DNA of 64,000 nt. It comes from Squalus acanthias (Eukaryota). A model generated the notes under the pieces. That model was not told where the DNA came from. It searched no databases and saw only the letters and a list, made by a program, of their open reading frames with translations. The position numbers and the translations under genes are program-made. How positions within the stretch are numbered: the first letter of the stretch is position 1; every line of letters begins with the position of its first letter. Positions 47,991 to 62,050 of the stretch are shown here, piece after piece. The DNA lies in NCBI GenBank assembly GCA_030390025.1, contig CM059432.1, positions 42,286,001 through 42,350,000 of the forward strand, read 5' to 3'.

Positions 47991-49814
47991 GGGCTGGATT
48001 TTTCCAACCTTGGCGGGTCCGGGGTGGGCGACGTCCGTGACGTGTGGGGACCCCGCTTCTGTGTCGATCCCGGTCTCCAACAAGATATTCCCTTGATGGG
48101 GCTTGTTCAGCCTGCCTTGTGAGGTTCCCGGCCAATTAATAGGAAGCGGGTCTGATGACATCATTTGATGATGCGTCATCAGCCGGTTTCCTTAAAGGGA
48201 CCATGTCCACAATCATTTTGGAAGTTGTGCTGTCAGTGTTCTACAGCATTGAAGTGCTGCAAACACTGACGAGCACTGCACAAAGGTGCACGGCTGTACC
48301 CAGGCTCTCCCATTACTCCCTCCATATGCTTATGGAGGGAGTCACAGCACACAGGGAGGTTCTCTTCCCTTCCCATGGGCGGAAGACTCCTCCCCAAGAG
48401 ACCAATGCAGCCTGGTTGCACATTACACAGGAGGACACAAGCAGGGATGTCGTCAGGAGGACCAGGCTGCAGTGGCGCAAACCTTTCAATGATCTCAGTA
48501 GATCACAAAACGTTACTGCAAAGCCACACTCAGCCTCATCCTGCTGTGCCATTCAACACATCCACATCACTCTGCCTTCCCTACACTACTCCTGCACATC
48601 CTTACTCATACCAACTTACCTGGCACCTCCACCCATCCCTCTCTATCTACATTATCACATCCCCATCTCACTAGCCATCCCTCACACTTACTGTCATCCT
48701 TGTCCAATCATACCAACTAACAACACACAAGGGTAGGCACTTGGGTGTTATTGCCAATGTTCATGTAAAGTTTCTGTTAATGTGTTGTCAAACAATGAAA
48801 TCTTTATTTTCAACACTTTGCGTTCTTGGACAGATTTGTGTGCACCATTGGAAGTGGTTTCGTGAGTTGCAATGAATGGTGAGACATAACGGTACCACGC
48901 CCGCCCCCCCACCCCAACCGTTCCCCCCTCCCACTGGTGATGAGTGTGAAAGGAATGGCTTGGGCATTGTAGGGATGCTTTAAGGTGCTGGTGTGGGATG
49001 GTGTCAACCTGGCGCATCATGTGTCAGCGTCAAGTGAAGTAAATCTGCCCATGGTGAGGCCATCCCTGGCTTCCTGGGTAGCAATGTGCTTGGGTGCTGA
49101 TGCTCTCTGTCCTGTGCAGCATCAGGTGATTGCGGAGAAGGTTGGTGTTGTTGTTGGTGCTGCTGGTGTGCCTGACGATGCTGGTGTGCCTGGTGATGTT
49201 GGTGTTGGGGCTGATCGTGGTGGGATTCTGAGGACCAAGGTGAGATTTTTTCAAGGGCACCGATGCTGATGGAATAGCTGGCAGCTGAAGTTGAGATGAC
49301 AGAAGCGATCTGTCAATGGTGAGAGAGGTTGCTCCAAGGAAGTGACACTGGATAGAGAGTTTGCTACAAACAGTTCAAACCTCCATAAAGTTGAAAAGTG
49401 TATTCCGAATCCTGAAGGCTCCAGCCTCTAAGATTGGAAAGTGACCAGCTGTGAAATGGTAGGTCTTATACCACTTTTGCAGCTGTCACCTATTCACAGA
49501 AATGGAGAATTGTTTAAAACCCGACACACTTACCTGGCATGCTCCCCGAGCGGCGTGAACCTTGTGGAAAATTTGGCAAAATGGTTTGTACCTGGTAAGA
49601 TGCTGATTAAATTGCTTTAAACACATCCGTAACTACATGAATTGCCTGACCCGCCACTTAGTGCCGGGTCTGTAAAGCGCAGGCAAAGCCGGCACTAGGG
49701 AAACTCACAAGGAGGCGGGTTCAGAGCGGGATACCGCCCTGCTGTCAATCTTTTTGATTTTGACAGCGGACCCGCCTCCGAACCCGCCCTCTGAGCGCCA
49801 GCAAAATTCCGGCA
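47991..49814 (+). mobile_element. Non-autonomous Harbinger (Myb-only type) nested in another Harbinger
   Basis: TSD CTG at 47988-47990 and 49815-49817. TIRs GGGCTGGATTTT and AAAATTCCGGCA. Colinear with about 697-2000. Confidence 0.85.
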
Positions 49815-50329
49815 CTGGTGTGGGCCGCGCCGGACGCTATCTTGGGTAGGGCATTAGCATGGAGCCACTGCCACTCCCCCGGGGTGGAACCTCAGCAATC
49901 CTAGTAATCTGTTGGATGACAGATTGCTGGACTGCTGTGACACCCTGCCGGTTTTCAGCTCAACGCTCCAGCTAACACCCTCTCTTAAGCTCGCATAGCT
50001 GAACACGCGTTCCGCAGCAGGAAGGACCCCTCATCAGCATTATTTAAAGGGATCATCACCTACTTACAGGTTAGTTGCTGATTGACTTCTACTGGCTGTT
50101 GCTGCATTTGTAAAAGAGAACCGCTTTGCCAGTGGATGTGACGGTCACAGTGGCGATGAACTTTTATGCACCAGGCTCCTTCCAGGCTTGAACAGGAGAT
50201 ATTTGCAACATCTCCCAGTTTGCCGTTGACTGTTGCATTACGGAGCTCACTGAGGCTCTGTATTCGAAGAGAGCTGAATATATTTCCTTCTATCTGGCCA
50301 GAGAGCAGTAGGCGGAATGAGCACGCAGC

Positions 50330-50850
50330 TTTGCGAGGAATGCAGGCGTCTCCATGGTGCAGGGTGCCTTTGACTGTATGCACGTCGCTTTGCGGATGCT
50401 GCATGTCAAATCTGAGATGTACTGCAACCAAAAGGGATTCCACTCCCTCAATGCTCAAGCTGGTGTGCGACCATACTCAGCGAATCATGCAGGTCAATGC
50501 CCGGTATCCTGGCAGCAGTCAGGATGCCTTCATTCTGCGGCAGTCCACTGTGCCATCTGCATTTGAGCCACCATGACAAACCAGAGGGTGGCTGCTGCGA
50601 GACAAGGGCTATCCGTGAAAAACATGGCTCATGACTCTGGTGCGCAACCCACACACACGTGGGCAGCATTCATACAGGAAAGCCATGCTGTCATAAGAAA
50701 TATCATCGAGCAGACCATTGGCGTGTTGAAGCAACATTTCCGCTGCCTGGACCACTCTGGAGGAGCCCTGCAGTACTCGGCAGAGCGGGTGTCGAGATTC
50801 GTGGTGGTCTGCTGCATGCTGCACCACCTCGCCATCATGAGGGTACAGCC
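50330..50850 (+). pseudogene. Harbinger (HARBI1-like, DDE) transposase remnant
   Basis: VQGAFDCMHVAL...NQKGFHSLNAQ / LVCDH...VNARYPGSSQDAFIL / L-x-DKGYP / RNIIEQTIGVLKQHFRCL...CCMLHHLA across frameshifts. Confidence 0.9.
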
Positions 50851-53828
50851 ATTGGCACCAGCTATACGGCAAGCAGCTGAGGAGCAGCAGGTGGAGGAAG
50901 AGGAAGGGATGAGACAACTCAGACAGCCCCTTTCTGGCCAGCTGTCCGTGACTGACTCATCTGGCTGTGATACCAGGAAGTGCAACCCCAATTCCACATT
51001 CACCAACAGTCCCACACCTTACCTTCTCTCTGTCACTAACCAACACAGCATCCACTTGGCCACAATGCAAAAATAAAAGCCACCACAAAATAAACATTAC
51101 AAACCAAATTTATAAATCAAATCATGCCATATTGCACATAAACATAAACTAATCAACCTTGTACATTCCCTTAGTGTCTGTCTTCCATGTGCCTTTGCCT
51201 GTCCTAGCGCTCCTACGAAGTGCTATCCCAGTGGCTGCAGCATGGCTGGTGGAAGGCTGCTGACTTTCAGTGGAGGAGACTGCAGATGAACTTGGAGGAT
51301 GACCTTGAGCAGCTCTGGGCCTAGAAGGCCTAGCTTCGGACTGCACCATATTGGCATGGGCGGCAGCAGTCTGGGCTGACTGGCTGACAGGCAACAGCAA
51401 GGGCACTGGCGGAGTGGCAGGGGTGGGAGGGTGAATCCTAGTAATCTGTTGGAGGACAGATTGCTGGACACCCCGCGTGCCCCTTTGAACACTGGTAACC
51501 GCAGCCATGATGGCAGCAGTCTGAGCTTGCGTGGCAGTAAGCTGAGCTTGCATGACAGAAGCCTAAGCTACCTCTGCAGTACCCAGACATAGGGTGGCTT
51601 CTGCTTGTGCTACAATGGAAGCTGAGACATCGGCCATCAGATGCTGCATCCTGGTGCAAATGGAATTGCCAATCACTTCCATGCTGGAAAGGATGGGCTC
51701 CAAGCTCTGTGTAAAGCCCTGCACCAAGTTGGTGCTGGACTGGTCCATGCTCCTTGACATTGCACGCAGGCTTTCTGGCAGGCCTGCCAATGCACCAAGC
51801 ATTTCATTGTGCATACCCATCAGCCTTCTTCTGTAGCCTGCCCCATCGAAGTGCTCATCTGGGTCCTCTGCAGCCGAACTCATGTATGACCTTGTCCTCC
51901 GGGGAGCTGGCACCTGCGCTACCCTTGCTCCCTGCCCTGGCTGAAGGCCACTCGTGCCCAGTGTCTCACCATGTGCAGATCCCGCGTCTATGCTATCCTC
52001 TAAAGTACGCGCGGAGTGTCAGTATCTGAGCTGGAGGCTGGGAGTGCATCGCGATTCCCGTGCCCATTTTTGGGCACTATTGAATTTAGCCCACGCTAAT
52101 TTAAGCAATGCCATGAGACATCTTCGATGTTAAAGGTTTTGTGTGCGTGTTATACACTCATGTTTTTTTCTATCACACTATTTCTGTCCCAACTGTCTGT
52201 TGCACCTATCTGTACAATATAGGTGGCACTGTGGGATTGTTCTGAGCCCCGCCCCCGTGTGTCGGTGGACTTTTCCCCTGTCTGCTCCCTCCTGCTGCCT
52301 CTCACCACTCCCACCCTAAGTGCCTGAGTCTCTATCTCCCCTTGCCCTCCCCCTTGCCCCATGCTTCTTGTGGCCAACAAGCTCTTGTGAGAAACTGTTG
52401 CCAAATGTGACTGGGGAACCAGTTTTAGGCTCTTTAAAGCATTGACTGTACTTTTACTAAGACACTAAAAGTGCAGTAAACATTTTGAGGAACTTAAAGC
52501 CAGTTCCTTCGTCATGACCAGAGATGAGGCTATAGGCCTTTTATCATGGGGTAGGGTTTCCACAAACAGCTTTCCTGGCACTAATCCAGGAGTCATGTTT
52601 TAGTTATTGGAAGCACAAAGTGCACTAGGTGTTATGAATTTTTACTCATGATATGGAGCTAGACTCGCTAGGAGAGCATATCAGGAATTCATGCTTGGAA
52701 GTCAGTAGGCCATGCTGGATCTACCATCCATTATTCATTTCTGTCTGTCATGTTGCTCTTCAGGCATCGAATGTTGACCAACACCCCTGTAAATGTGCAA
52801 CTTTCTTCCAACTGATTTGCTCAAATTTCATATTCAGGAAACAGCAACAAATCACAATTGAAAAGATAGATAATATAGGAATCATATGTGAGGAAAGTCA
52901 TCAAAAATATCAATGAAGGACATATGAAAACAATTAACTTAACATGGCAACATCTACCAATAAAAGAAAGAAGAAGGCGAACCAGCTTCAAATATTTTTG
53001 AAAATTCTTTCGGTTCCCATCATGATTTCTCCACAAACTGGGAATGTGATATAAGAAATATAACAACATAATAGAGACATTAAAATTTAAAACGTACAAG
53101 AACCGAACTAAACTTACCTATACAATAGGATTTTCTGTGTTTGAAATGCCTCTAACAGTATTTTCTGTTTGAGATTTGTGCTTCTTTGAGAAGCCTGAGG
53201 CTTGAGTTCTTGGAGTTTTCCAGATCCATCACTGTCAGCTGAAGAGACTCAGTGGAGGTAGCAGGCTATAATCCCAACCGGCACCTGTGTCTACAGTTCC
53301 CAGAAATTATTTATGATTAACATCAAGACTAACCATTCATGGAGTTATGCCAGGACTTGCTGCTTTTATGCCTCACCCCACTCCTCCATTCCTGTGGAAA
53401 ATTACTTAGAGATGAAACCCCTAGGGTTTGTTTTCATAAATCAGCAAAACAAGATAAAGCACGAATTCCAACTTTTTCTGACGTAATTTGGGACTTTGGA
53501 CATGGAAGCTTATATGCTGGATTCACGATTGGCACAATATTTTTATCCATAATGCCAGGATCCCCACCCCGTGGAACCTGCCTAGGATGGGCTGGAAAAC
53601 CAGCATAACCGAGTTCCACCCCAAAATCCCCCCTGCCCAGATAGTGCTGATTTTACATCCAACACAGACTGGAATTTCCTCTTTTTTTTAGAAGCTTCAA
53701 AAATCATAACTTAAACTATTATTACCAGTTATTTTTAAAGGATTACTGTAAATTTTTTAAAAAACACAATATTTAAGCAGTGTCTGGATATCTATTGAAT
53801 AAAGTACCTGCATTTACTTATATTAAAT

Positions 53829-53988
53829 TACATAGAATAACTGCACAGAAACAGGCCATCCGGCCCAACAGGTCTATGCCGGTGTCTACGCTCCACACGA
53901 GCCTCCTCCCATCTTACTTCATCTCACCCTATCAACATATCCTTTTATTCCTTTCTCCCTCATATACTTATATAGCTTCCCCTTAAAT
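53829..53988 (-). mobile_element. CR1-type 3' tail fragment
   Basis: ACATAGAA tail followed by the reverse complement of a CR1-like 3' UTR (GGCCATCCGGCCCAACAGGTC). Confidence 0.7.
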
Positions 53989-56900
53989 GTGGGTGCACTT
54001 ATGCATCTAATGGGTCTCCCGTTGTACTGCTCGCGTTATGTTACAGGATATACTCCACGTCACACCTATTCGTGTTGTCTTCAGGTCTCTGGTGGTGTTG
54101 CCATGTCCTCTCTGGGCTCTCTGTTGCCTCTTTATATTCTTTTGTGGTTGTATCTCTGTGGTGTTTTGCTTCTGCTTCTTTTTGTCATTTTTAATTTGTT
54201 GTCCATTACGTTCTTTTTTCTTCTTTTGCATTCTTGCGAATAGGGGAGGCAGGTGGCTAGGGCACAGGGCGACAGCAGAAAGCACCGTGCAGTGGTTGGT
54301 GTCATAACTACCTTCCCTCCTTTGTCTTCACACAATCCCTTCAATCTTTGCTCATTTACTTCCCTCTTGTAGTGATGCAGCTACTCGCTGATTTCTCGTG
54401 CTTTGATTGGCCTTTCCCTGAGCACTGCTGTGTACTGTACTACCTCCTCAGTGGATCCTATGAAGCAATCTAGTATGCTGCCCCGGTTCGGGACTTCTGC
54501 TTGGGCTTGCTGATGACCACAATGCCATCAATGCTTCCTCTTCCCATAATCCATGCCTGCTCCCCTTCCCTGTTTTAACCTCCTCCCCTCACTTCCTTTC
54601 ACACATCCAGTACTTGGGCTTTCCCCTGTCTTCGACCACATTCCTCTCCCTATTCACTTCCCCTGCACCCCTCCTCCTATTAATGCCCTCACCTTCCAGT
54701 TCTCCTGTTTCCCCTCCACTCCATTGTTATTCTCATTCTTCTTTACCCATCCCGTATTGTTCCTGTTTCCCCTTTTTTGCCTTCTGCTGTTCCCTGCTAC
54801 TCTTTTTCTCTGCTACACTTCTTCACCCCTTTCACCTTTTCCTGCTCTTCTGCCAAAATTCTTGAGGCCTTCCTATACTTGAGGGAGCCTATGCCCCTGC
54901 AGGTTATCCCATTCCCCCTTTCCTCCTCGTCCTTCTTCCCTCCTCCATCGGCCCCTCACTTGGGTCTCCGTCACATTCCTCCTTCCCCCATTTGCTCACA
55001 CCCTTGTCTTCTGACTCCCTGAGCCATTCCCTGCCACCCTTTACACTTCCCCCATTACCTCTGACCCTTCTGTCCTCACCTTTCTGCCATCAATTCTCAC
55101 CTTTGTGTTATCCCCCTCATCCTTGCCCCTAAATTCATGGCTTGTCTTGCCCCTCATCTTTACCCCAAAGGTTTTCACAGCAGAACCATTGATAACCTTC
55201 TTCTGCCTGATCTTCACCAGTTCGAGGAAAGCAGCAGTTTCGTTTCCAAGAGTTGACTGCAGTTACAGGGATTGAATTTCTGTGAGGGCTTCCTTGATTA
55301 TCCACCATATTTTGAGCAGCAGATCCACTGCTGCTCTTCCATTGAAATAACAGCGGACAATGGGGGAACCCCTGTGGAAATTAATGCCAATAATGTTAGT
55401 AAATGTACTATAAGTGGAATCAGCTCTTTCAAAACAAAACTAGCCATTTCCAAGAACCAGTGATCATCAGAAGCAGAAGCAAGAGAAAGCAAGGCAAAGC
55501 CTGGAGGTGGCAAGGAGAGGGAGGCCAAGGTGAATAAATACGAGGATCAGCAAAGTTAAGAAGTGGGGAGGCGGTGGGTGGTGGGTGGTGAGGCTGGTCT
55601 GAGTGACACTGAAAGCGACAAAGTTTCAGTGATGACAAAGGGAAACTTAAGTGCCACTGATAGCAATGAAGGTTCAGACACCAGTGGGAGGCTTAAGTGA
55701 TGTTCAAAGTGGTAAAGATTCAGGCATGGAGGCGGGTGAAAGGGCGAACTGAGGGGAGGACTGAAAGTTAAGTAAGTTATAATGTTAAGTACGATAGTGT
55801 AGCTTACTATAGTTATAAACAGGCATTACTTAAGTGTTTCCCAGGAGTGACAGAGGTGTGACAAAAGCATGACAAAATGGTGACACAGGAAGTAAGTGTG
55901 CCAGCAGGAAATGTGTGCAGTCTCAAGACTTTTGTTATGTTACGAGTTGACCTCGCCTGGCATTGCAGTTAGAGAGTCAAAGCCAAGTGTTGTCTTCAGG
56001 TAAAGCAGTATTGGAGGGCGGTGGATAATTTGACCAGGCCACACAAATGTAATGCACTCCTCATTTTAAAGTCATACATTCTGTTCCTATTTCTACATTA
56101 TATATTGTATTATTTATAGTTAAATAGCAAAACTTTCAGCAATGTGGGAAGCATAAAGGTAGAGTTGGTTGGAACATAGAAGTTTCTCAGGAGTACTGGC
56201 CGAGGATCTGAGAGACGCAAACCCTGGCATCGTGGTGCCACCACTAGAGGGACGGTGTAATCACAGTATAAATGTGGACTTAAGAATTTATATTGGAAAA
56301 AGTTGATAACAAAAGTGTGATAAAAACATGACAACAGGAAGTAAGATTTGTAGACATGGGTGGAAATTGGTTAGGCTCCTTGAATATGCAAATCAGGGGC
56401 CTAACACCTGTTAAAGGACTCCTTTACAAAATTAGTCAACGATGAGTGGGGCAGGAATCCCACTTACGCACATAAACGGGGTTTCAACTGCACATCCGAT
56501 GAAGTTACGGTAACGCAGTGGCAGAAGGTCTGAGGAAACTTAGGGCCCATGTCTTTTGCAGTAACAGCTCAGAGAATAACATGCATTCTACACATACCTC
56601 TTTTGGTGTAAATCAGGGTAAATGCGTTAATGCCACATTTTTGGGGATGTTTGCTTGTTAGAATAGACAGAACAGTTTGTCCCAATACACTCAGGGGTTA
56701 CCTGATAGTCCACCATAACTTTGGCAGAAGATCCACAAAACCCTGGAGAACGGCATAAACACTGGGTGGGGGGTGGACTTGGGCTCAGTAGCGGCCGTGT
56801 TTTGGGCACCACGAGGCCTCTTAAACTACAAAAATGGCATCCGCGATGCGCATGAACACTTCCGATGGGAAGTACTCCGGACGCCATCTTCGTAAAGGGG

Positions 56901-57434
56901 TTTGCGTAAAGACTGTCAGCAGCATGCAGAGCAGGCAGATCATGATGTCAATCAGCGTGCAACGCTGCCATTTTGGACATTCCACACTCCAACCTACGCC
57001 CTCTCTTAGCCTCGCACAGCTGAACATGTCGTTAAATGACATGAAGGACCCCCCCTCCCCCCACTAGCACTAATTAAAGGGATCATGATCTACTTACAGT
57101 TTAGTTGCTGGATTATTTCTTGTGGCTGTTGCTGAAATTATACGCATTTGGTGTCCTTTTCCATACTTGTTTACTTGTTTAAAGTTTCAATAGTCTATAG
57201 GGAGTGGTCTGGCTGGTGCTGAAGTACTTTTTTGGTAACTTAAAGGCTTGTGCACAAACCATTTGCTTCCAGAAATGGGTGGCCTAGTAAGGCTTCCTCT
57301 TGGCATTGAGCATGACTGGGAGAATGAGCAGAGGCCACGCAGAGCGGGACAAGCTACTAGAAGAGGGAAGAGGAGGAGGGAGAGAAGGGCTTTCAGCAGG
57401 AGGCCATATCCGCAGAGCATCTTTAGGGAGCAGA

Positions 57435-58924
57435 TCTGTTGTAGAACAAATTGCTGGACTCCTGTGTTGCCCTGCAAGCCCCTTTGCACACTGGTATCCA
57501 GTGCTATGATGGCAGTAGTCTGAGCTTCCATGACAGCAAGCTGAGGCATGACAGCAGTCTGAGCTTCCACTGCAGCACATTCAGACATTGGGTGGATGCT
57601 GTTTGTACTGCAACGGAAGCTGAGACACCAGCCATCAGACGCTACATCATGGTTGGCTCCATAAGTGTGTTGATGGAGGTCTGTACAAAGCCCTGTGCCA
57701 AGTTAGTGCTGGACTCATCCATGCTCCTTGTCATTGAACGCAGGCTTTCCAGCAAGGTTCCCAGTGCACCAAGCATTTGGGTGTGTACGCCCATCGGCCT
57801 TCTTCTGTAGCCTGGCTCATTGAAATCCTCAGCTGAGTCCTCTGCAGCAGAACTAGCATGCGACCTCACCCTCCGCCAAGCTGGCACCTGCGCTATTCTT
57901 TCCCCCAGCTCTGGCTCTAGCAGACTTGTGCCGGTGTCTCTCCACATACAGGTCCCACCTCTATGCTAGCCTCTAAATTATGCACAGTGTCAGTATCTTA
58001 GCTGGTGGCTGCGACTGTGAAATCGAATGAGGGTGTCCCTTCATCTTCACTTTCTTCTTGCTCCTCCTCCACTGCCTAGACAGGTTCAAGTTCTTGAGAG
58101 TATCTGAAATGGAAAAGGGACAAGGGTTGGTTTGTGGTGAGGGGAGAGGAGAAAGTAAGAAATCAGCTTGTAAATCAGAAGAGATTGAGGGATGAGGGAG
58201 GAGTGGGATGAGAGAAGGAGGATTAGGTATGCGAATACCCTCATCTTCAATTGCTTCAGCCCCGGCAGTGGCTAGAGCCTCTGCTATGGCCCTTCCCATA
58301 ATGGCCAGCACCATCTCCTCCATGGAGGTTAAAACAAGCAGGTATGCTTCTCCTCCTCCAGCTAGTTCCTGCTGCCTCTGGTTGTGCGCCACCTTCTCCT
58401 GCAAGAAAGAGGGAAGTGTTTCAGTGCATGTCATGTAATATGTTTGGGTGATATGGCTGTCATGGGTGAATAGCTGCCAGTGTGTGCAAGCTTTGAGATG
58501 TGGGTGCAAGGCTTGCAACAGTGCGAAGTGTGTGATGGTGAGGTGAAGCATATGAATGTTAGGTATGAGTCCTGATTGATAGAGATTGTTAGTAGGTGAG
58601 TGATGGGGGTGTAGTGTGTTGAGCAGTGGATGAGACTAGTGGTGCAGTTGGTAGGATATGGCATTTGAAGATGCACTCACTGATCTTGACAACTTGTGTG
58701 AGATCATTAAACTTCTTCCTGCACTGCATCCAGGTCCTTGGGGCTACACTCCTAGCACTAACCTCCGCCGCTATCTCTTGCCACTGCCTTCTGCGCATGT
58801 GTCTGGAGGGTCTCCGGCCCTCCTGAGGTTACAGGATATCTCTCCTTCTTTCCATCTCTTCCACCAAGACCTCCAGTGCAGCGTCTGAAAAACTTGGTGC
58901 ACGTTCTCTCCCATGGTCAGCCAT
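57435..58924 (-). pseudogene. Harbinger Myb/SANT-like gene with three exons
   Basis: Exon 1 from ATG 58924: MADHGRERAPSFSDAALEVLVEEMERRRDIL*...WQEIAAEVSARSVAPRTWMQCRKKFNDL. Exon 2 is 58398-58239 (EKVAHNQRQQELAGGG). The exon 3 acceptor TTTCAG precedes 58103. Confidence 0.8.
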
Positions 58925-59023
58925 TGTTGCTTCTTCCACAGCACAATATTCAGAATGATCTCAGTGCCACCAGCAGCCACAATGCACCTCCCCTTTAAGA
59001 AGTGCAGACTAGCTTTAAGTAGT

Positions 59024-59688
59024 AAGAACAGAAAATGCTGGAAATACTTAGCAGGTCAGGCAGCACGTGTGGAGAGAGAAACAGAGTTAACATTTCAGGT
59101 CGATGACCTTTCACCAGAACTGGAAAAAGTTAGAGATGTAATAGGTTTTAGGCAAGTACAGAGGCAGGGAAAGGGGGTGGAGGGGAGGAAAGAACAAAAG
59201 GCATAGGGTAATCGGTGATCGGTTGGAAGGCAGAAGTGATTAAATGACAAAGGGGATGATGGTGGAAGGCAAAAGGAGATGGTAATGGGACAAGTAAAGA
59301 AACAAATGATGGGTCTAGAGGAAGTGTAAGTGACAAAAGCAGAATCATTACCTGCAACTGCTGTCCGAAATAAAGGGAGGAGTGGTTAGGATCTGAAATT
59401 GTTGAACTCGATGTTGAGTCCGGAAGGCTGTAAAGTGCCTAATCCTTGAGCTTCCGTTGAGCTTCATTACAGCAGTGTAACAAACCAAGGACAGAGAGGT
59501 CAGAGTGGGAGTGGGGCGGAGAATTAAAATAACAAGCGACCGGAAGCTCAAAGTCACGATTGCGGACTGAACAGAGGGGTTCCGCAAAGCGATCACCCAA
59601 TCTGTGGCATCATGAGCAGTTAATACAGTATACTAAGTTGAAAGAAGTACAAGTAAATCGCTGTTTCACCTGGAAGGAGTGTTTAAAA
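59024..59688 (-). mobile_element. Degenerate Penelope-like fragment inserted in the Harbinger
   Basis: TSD CTTTAAGTAGT at 59013-59023 and 59689-59699. Its end matches 28-86 plus 2457-2491. The hammerhead core is mutated (CUGGUGA). Confidence 0.8.
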
Positions 59689-61769
59689 CTTTAAGTAGTG
59701 CTCGGTACTATCGACATTGGGCCCCCTGCTGATGCGTGCAGCCAATGAACAGTGCGGGAGCGCTGGCTACACGCAGAAATCATGGAAATGATCAGGCAAC
59801 ATAAAGTTGCCGTCCTGCCTACAGTGCAATCAACGGGCGCGGGTTAATCGCGCGTCACAATCCCAGCGCCCATTTTTGGGGGTTATCCAATTTAAACCCC
59901 GGCTTCTCCAGGGTTTCCACAGATCTTCGGCCAAAGTTACAGAAGAGCCCTGCTGAAATTAATGTCAGCAGTTTCCATGGCTATTATGTTGGCTGAAACA
60001 GTTGTAAATCATTGCAATGCGGATTTGAAAAATACTTTTACAATAAGTTTAAACATTGATACAAGCTTAATTGCGGAAACAATATAATTTCACTTGCTCG
60101 GTTTATTAACTAAGTAAATTAATACCCATAAACATTTGTAGCAGAATAGTGATAGCCCTTTAGCAAAGATTTTCTTTCTATCAAATTAAACAATCACTGA
60201 AACTAGATGCAAATTATATAATTTAGGATAGACGGTGCATATAACATAGCATTTTACAATTATCATGGAAATCCAGAAGTTTGTTTGCTGAAATAAAATA
60301 ATTCTTGCCACAAAATTCATTCTTCCGCAACGACAGACACATATGTGTCCCTAATTTTAAAACAGTAATTCTTCATAAATTTATTTTACGCTCTTAAAAT
60401 TTGTCCTTAAAATATCTTTTCACCACAAATCAGCTTTGACAACCTGATCTGTTTAAGAGATGTTCACAGTCTTTAGTGAAGGCTAAAATCCTGAATGGCA
60501 CTTTGTTTGTGCAAAATGCACTGACCTCAGCTCTCTGCTGACTGCTAAGTACTGCCAATCACAGAGTGGGGGACTGAGTGTTTCTTTGAGGAAGACTACA
60601 GCAGGTTGGAGTGAAACTTCGTTATTGTCACGTCATGCCCATTGTCCCTTTTCAGCTTGCAAATTAAAAGTGACAATAAAAAGAAATCCACTGTAATGGG
60701 AAATATACTGAATAACTATTGTCATCAGTGAAGGTATGCAGCGAACTAGGGAGCATATTGAATGTCAAATCCCCAAATCAGATAACATGAAAGTGGTAAT
60801 GAATTTTTGTAAGGCTAGCTCTTTCTATTTGAACACTCACTGCGGCATGCTCTCAGTTAAACATAATGAAGCAATTGGTTTCGGTTCCTGTTAACGGCAT
60901 GTTGTGCATGCTGAGAAGGGCAAGAGAGGTGGGGGCCATTAGATCAACAATAGGCGATGAGGTATAAACACTCCCACAAACTCATACTTGCTTTATTGAA
61001 GCCATTTGGAAGGGCTGGTTTTGCCGGTGACCAGCTGCCAGGTCGTCTCTGCCACCTTGCAATATGCTGGCCCACTAGAACAAGGATTGCACTGCTGTAA
61101 CTTAGCACCTGTTCAGAGCAAAGCTCATGATTAGATCAAGGTCATTCGTTTCAGTTAACCTTGCAATGTATCCACAAAAAAACATTGAAAAGCCATATTG
61201 TATTGACAATGAGAATGATCTGTAGTACTCAGTCTGCAGTAGCAGCAAGACTCCCAGGCACTTTATAATTGGTTACAAGCTCTGTAATGTGTACATTGAT
61301 TTATTGATTGTGTGATTAAGTTCTCATCCAACAGATGGGTGTGTGGTCATCTGGAGTGCCTGGAATAGTAATTATAAAGAGTCTGGATGCTTTTTTGATA
61401 AGATTGGGAAGGTGAATTTATGAAGATCACCAATAAGATTTATTTAGTGCTGGGACATTTTCTCCTCTTCTTTTTCTAGGTTTCTTCAATAGTAGATTGA
61501 TTGTGTGTCTATACTTCATTTTTGAAATAAACTTTATACATCCTGAACTTTTATGAAACTTCTGAGCACTGTTAAAGCTCTTTTTCAATCATTTCAAAAG
61601 AATAACAAGATTGAGAATTGTAAGTTTATTATTTGTTCATGTCTCATTACCTTCTTCCATGTGTGCATCTGAAAATTAGTTTGTGGAGGAAACAAATTAA
61701 AGTGGGAGGGCGGGGGCCCAGTGGCAATTCTGTCGCAGCACGGCTGGCTGTGGTCACCGAGATGCAAGA

Positions 61770-61960
61770 GAATCATGCAGCAGTTCAGAGAAGAGCCACA
61801 AGGCTGATTTCTAGCATCGAAGAACTGAGTTATGAGGAAAGACTGGAGAAAATTGGGCTTTTCAGCTTCGAAAGGAGGTGACGGTGAGAGCTGAGCTCAT
61901 TGATATAAAATAGTAAACAGTGTAGAAAAGGTAAATGCAGATCACTACTTCAAACTACAC
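61770..61960 (+). mobile_element. Old CR1 remnant
   Basis: Translates as VQRRATRLISSIEELSYEERLEKIGLFSFERR. Confidence 0.75.
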
Positions 61961-62050
61961 CGTAACATTGGCGCCCTGAATAACCACACTAATTTCAGCA
62001 CTTACGCCATTATTGTGCTGGTATTGCGCAATAGAAGATCAAGGAAACTT

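Larger units (their letters stand above)
47909..52092 (+). mobile_element. PIF/Harbinger transposon with a decayed transposase, hosting a nested Harbinger
   Basis: Right TIR GAATTTAGCCC ends at 52092. A transposase remnant lies on the plus strand and the 3' part of the convergent second gene on the minus strand (about 51150-52045). Homologous to 56770-59900. The left end is approximate. Confidence 0.75.
56770..59900. mobile_element. Internally deleted PIF/Harbinger element with a spliced Myb-like gene
   Basis: TIR-like ends GGGGTGGACTTGG and CCAATTTAAACCCC. The transposase N-terminus (MGGLV...RRPYPQSIFREQ, 57276-57433) is fused to the second-gene region. Confidence 0.75.

Noticed and set aside
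54540..55170. Pro/Leu/Phe-rich ORFs
   Set aside because: Pyrimidine-rich low-complexity tract with no domain signal.
60400..61500. Repeat-free DNA as a conserved enhancer
   Set aside because: Cannot be supported without cross-species alignment.
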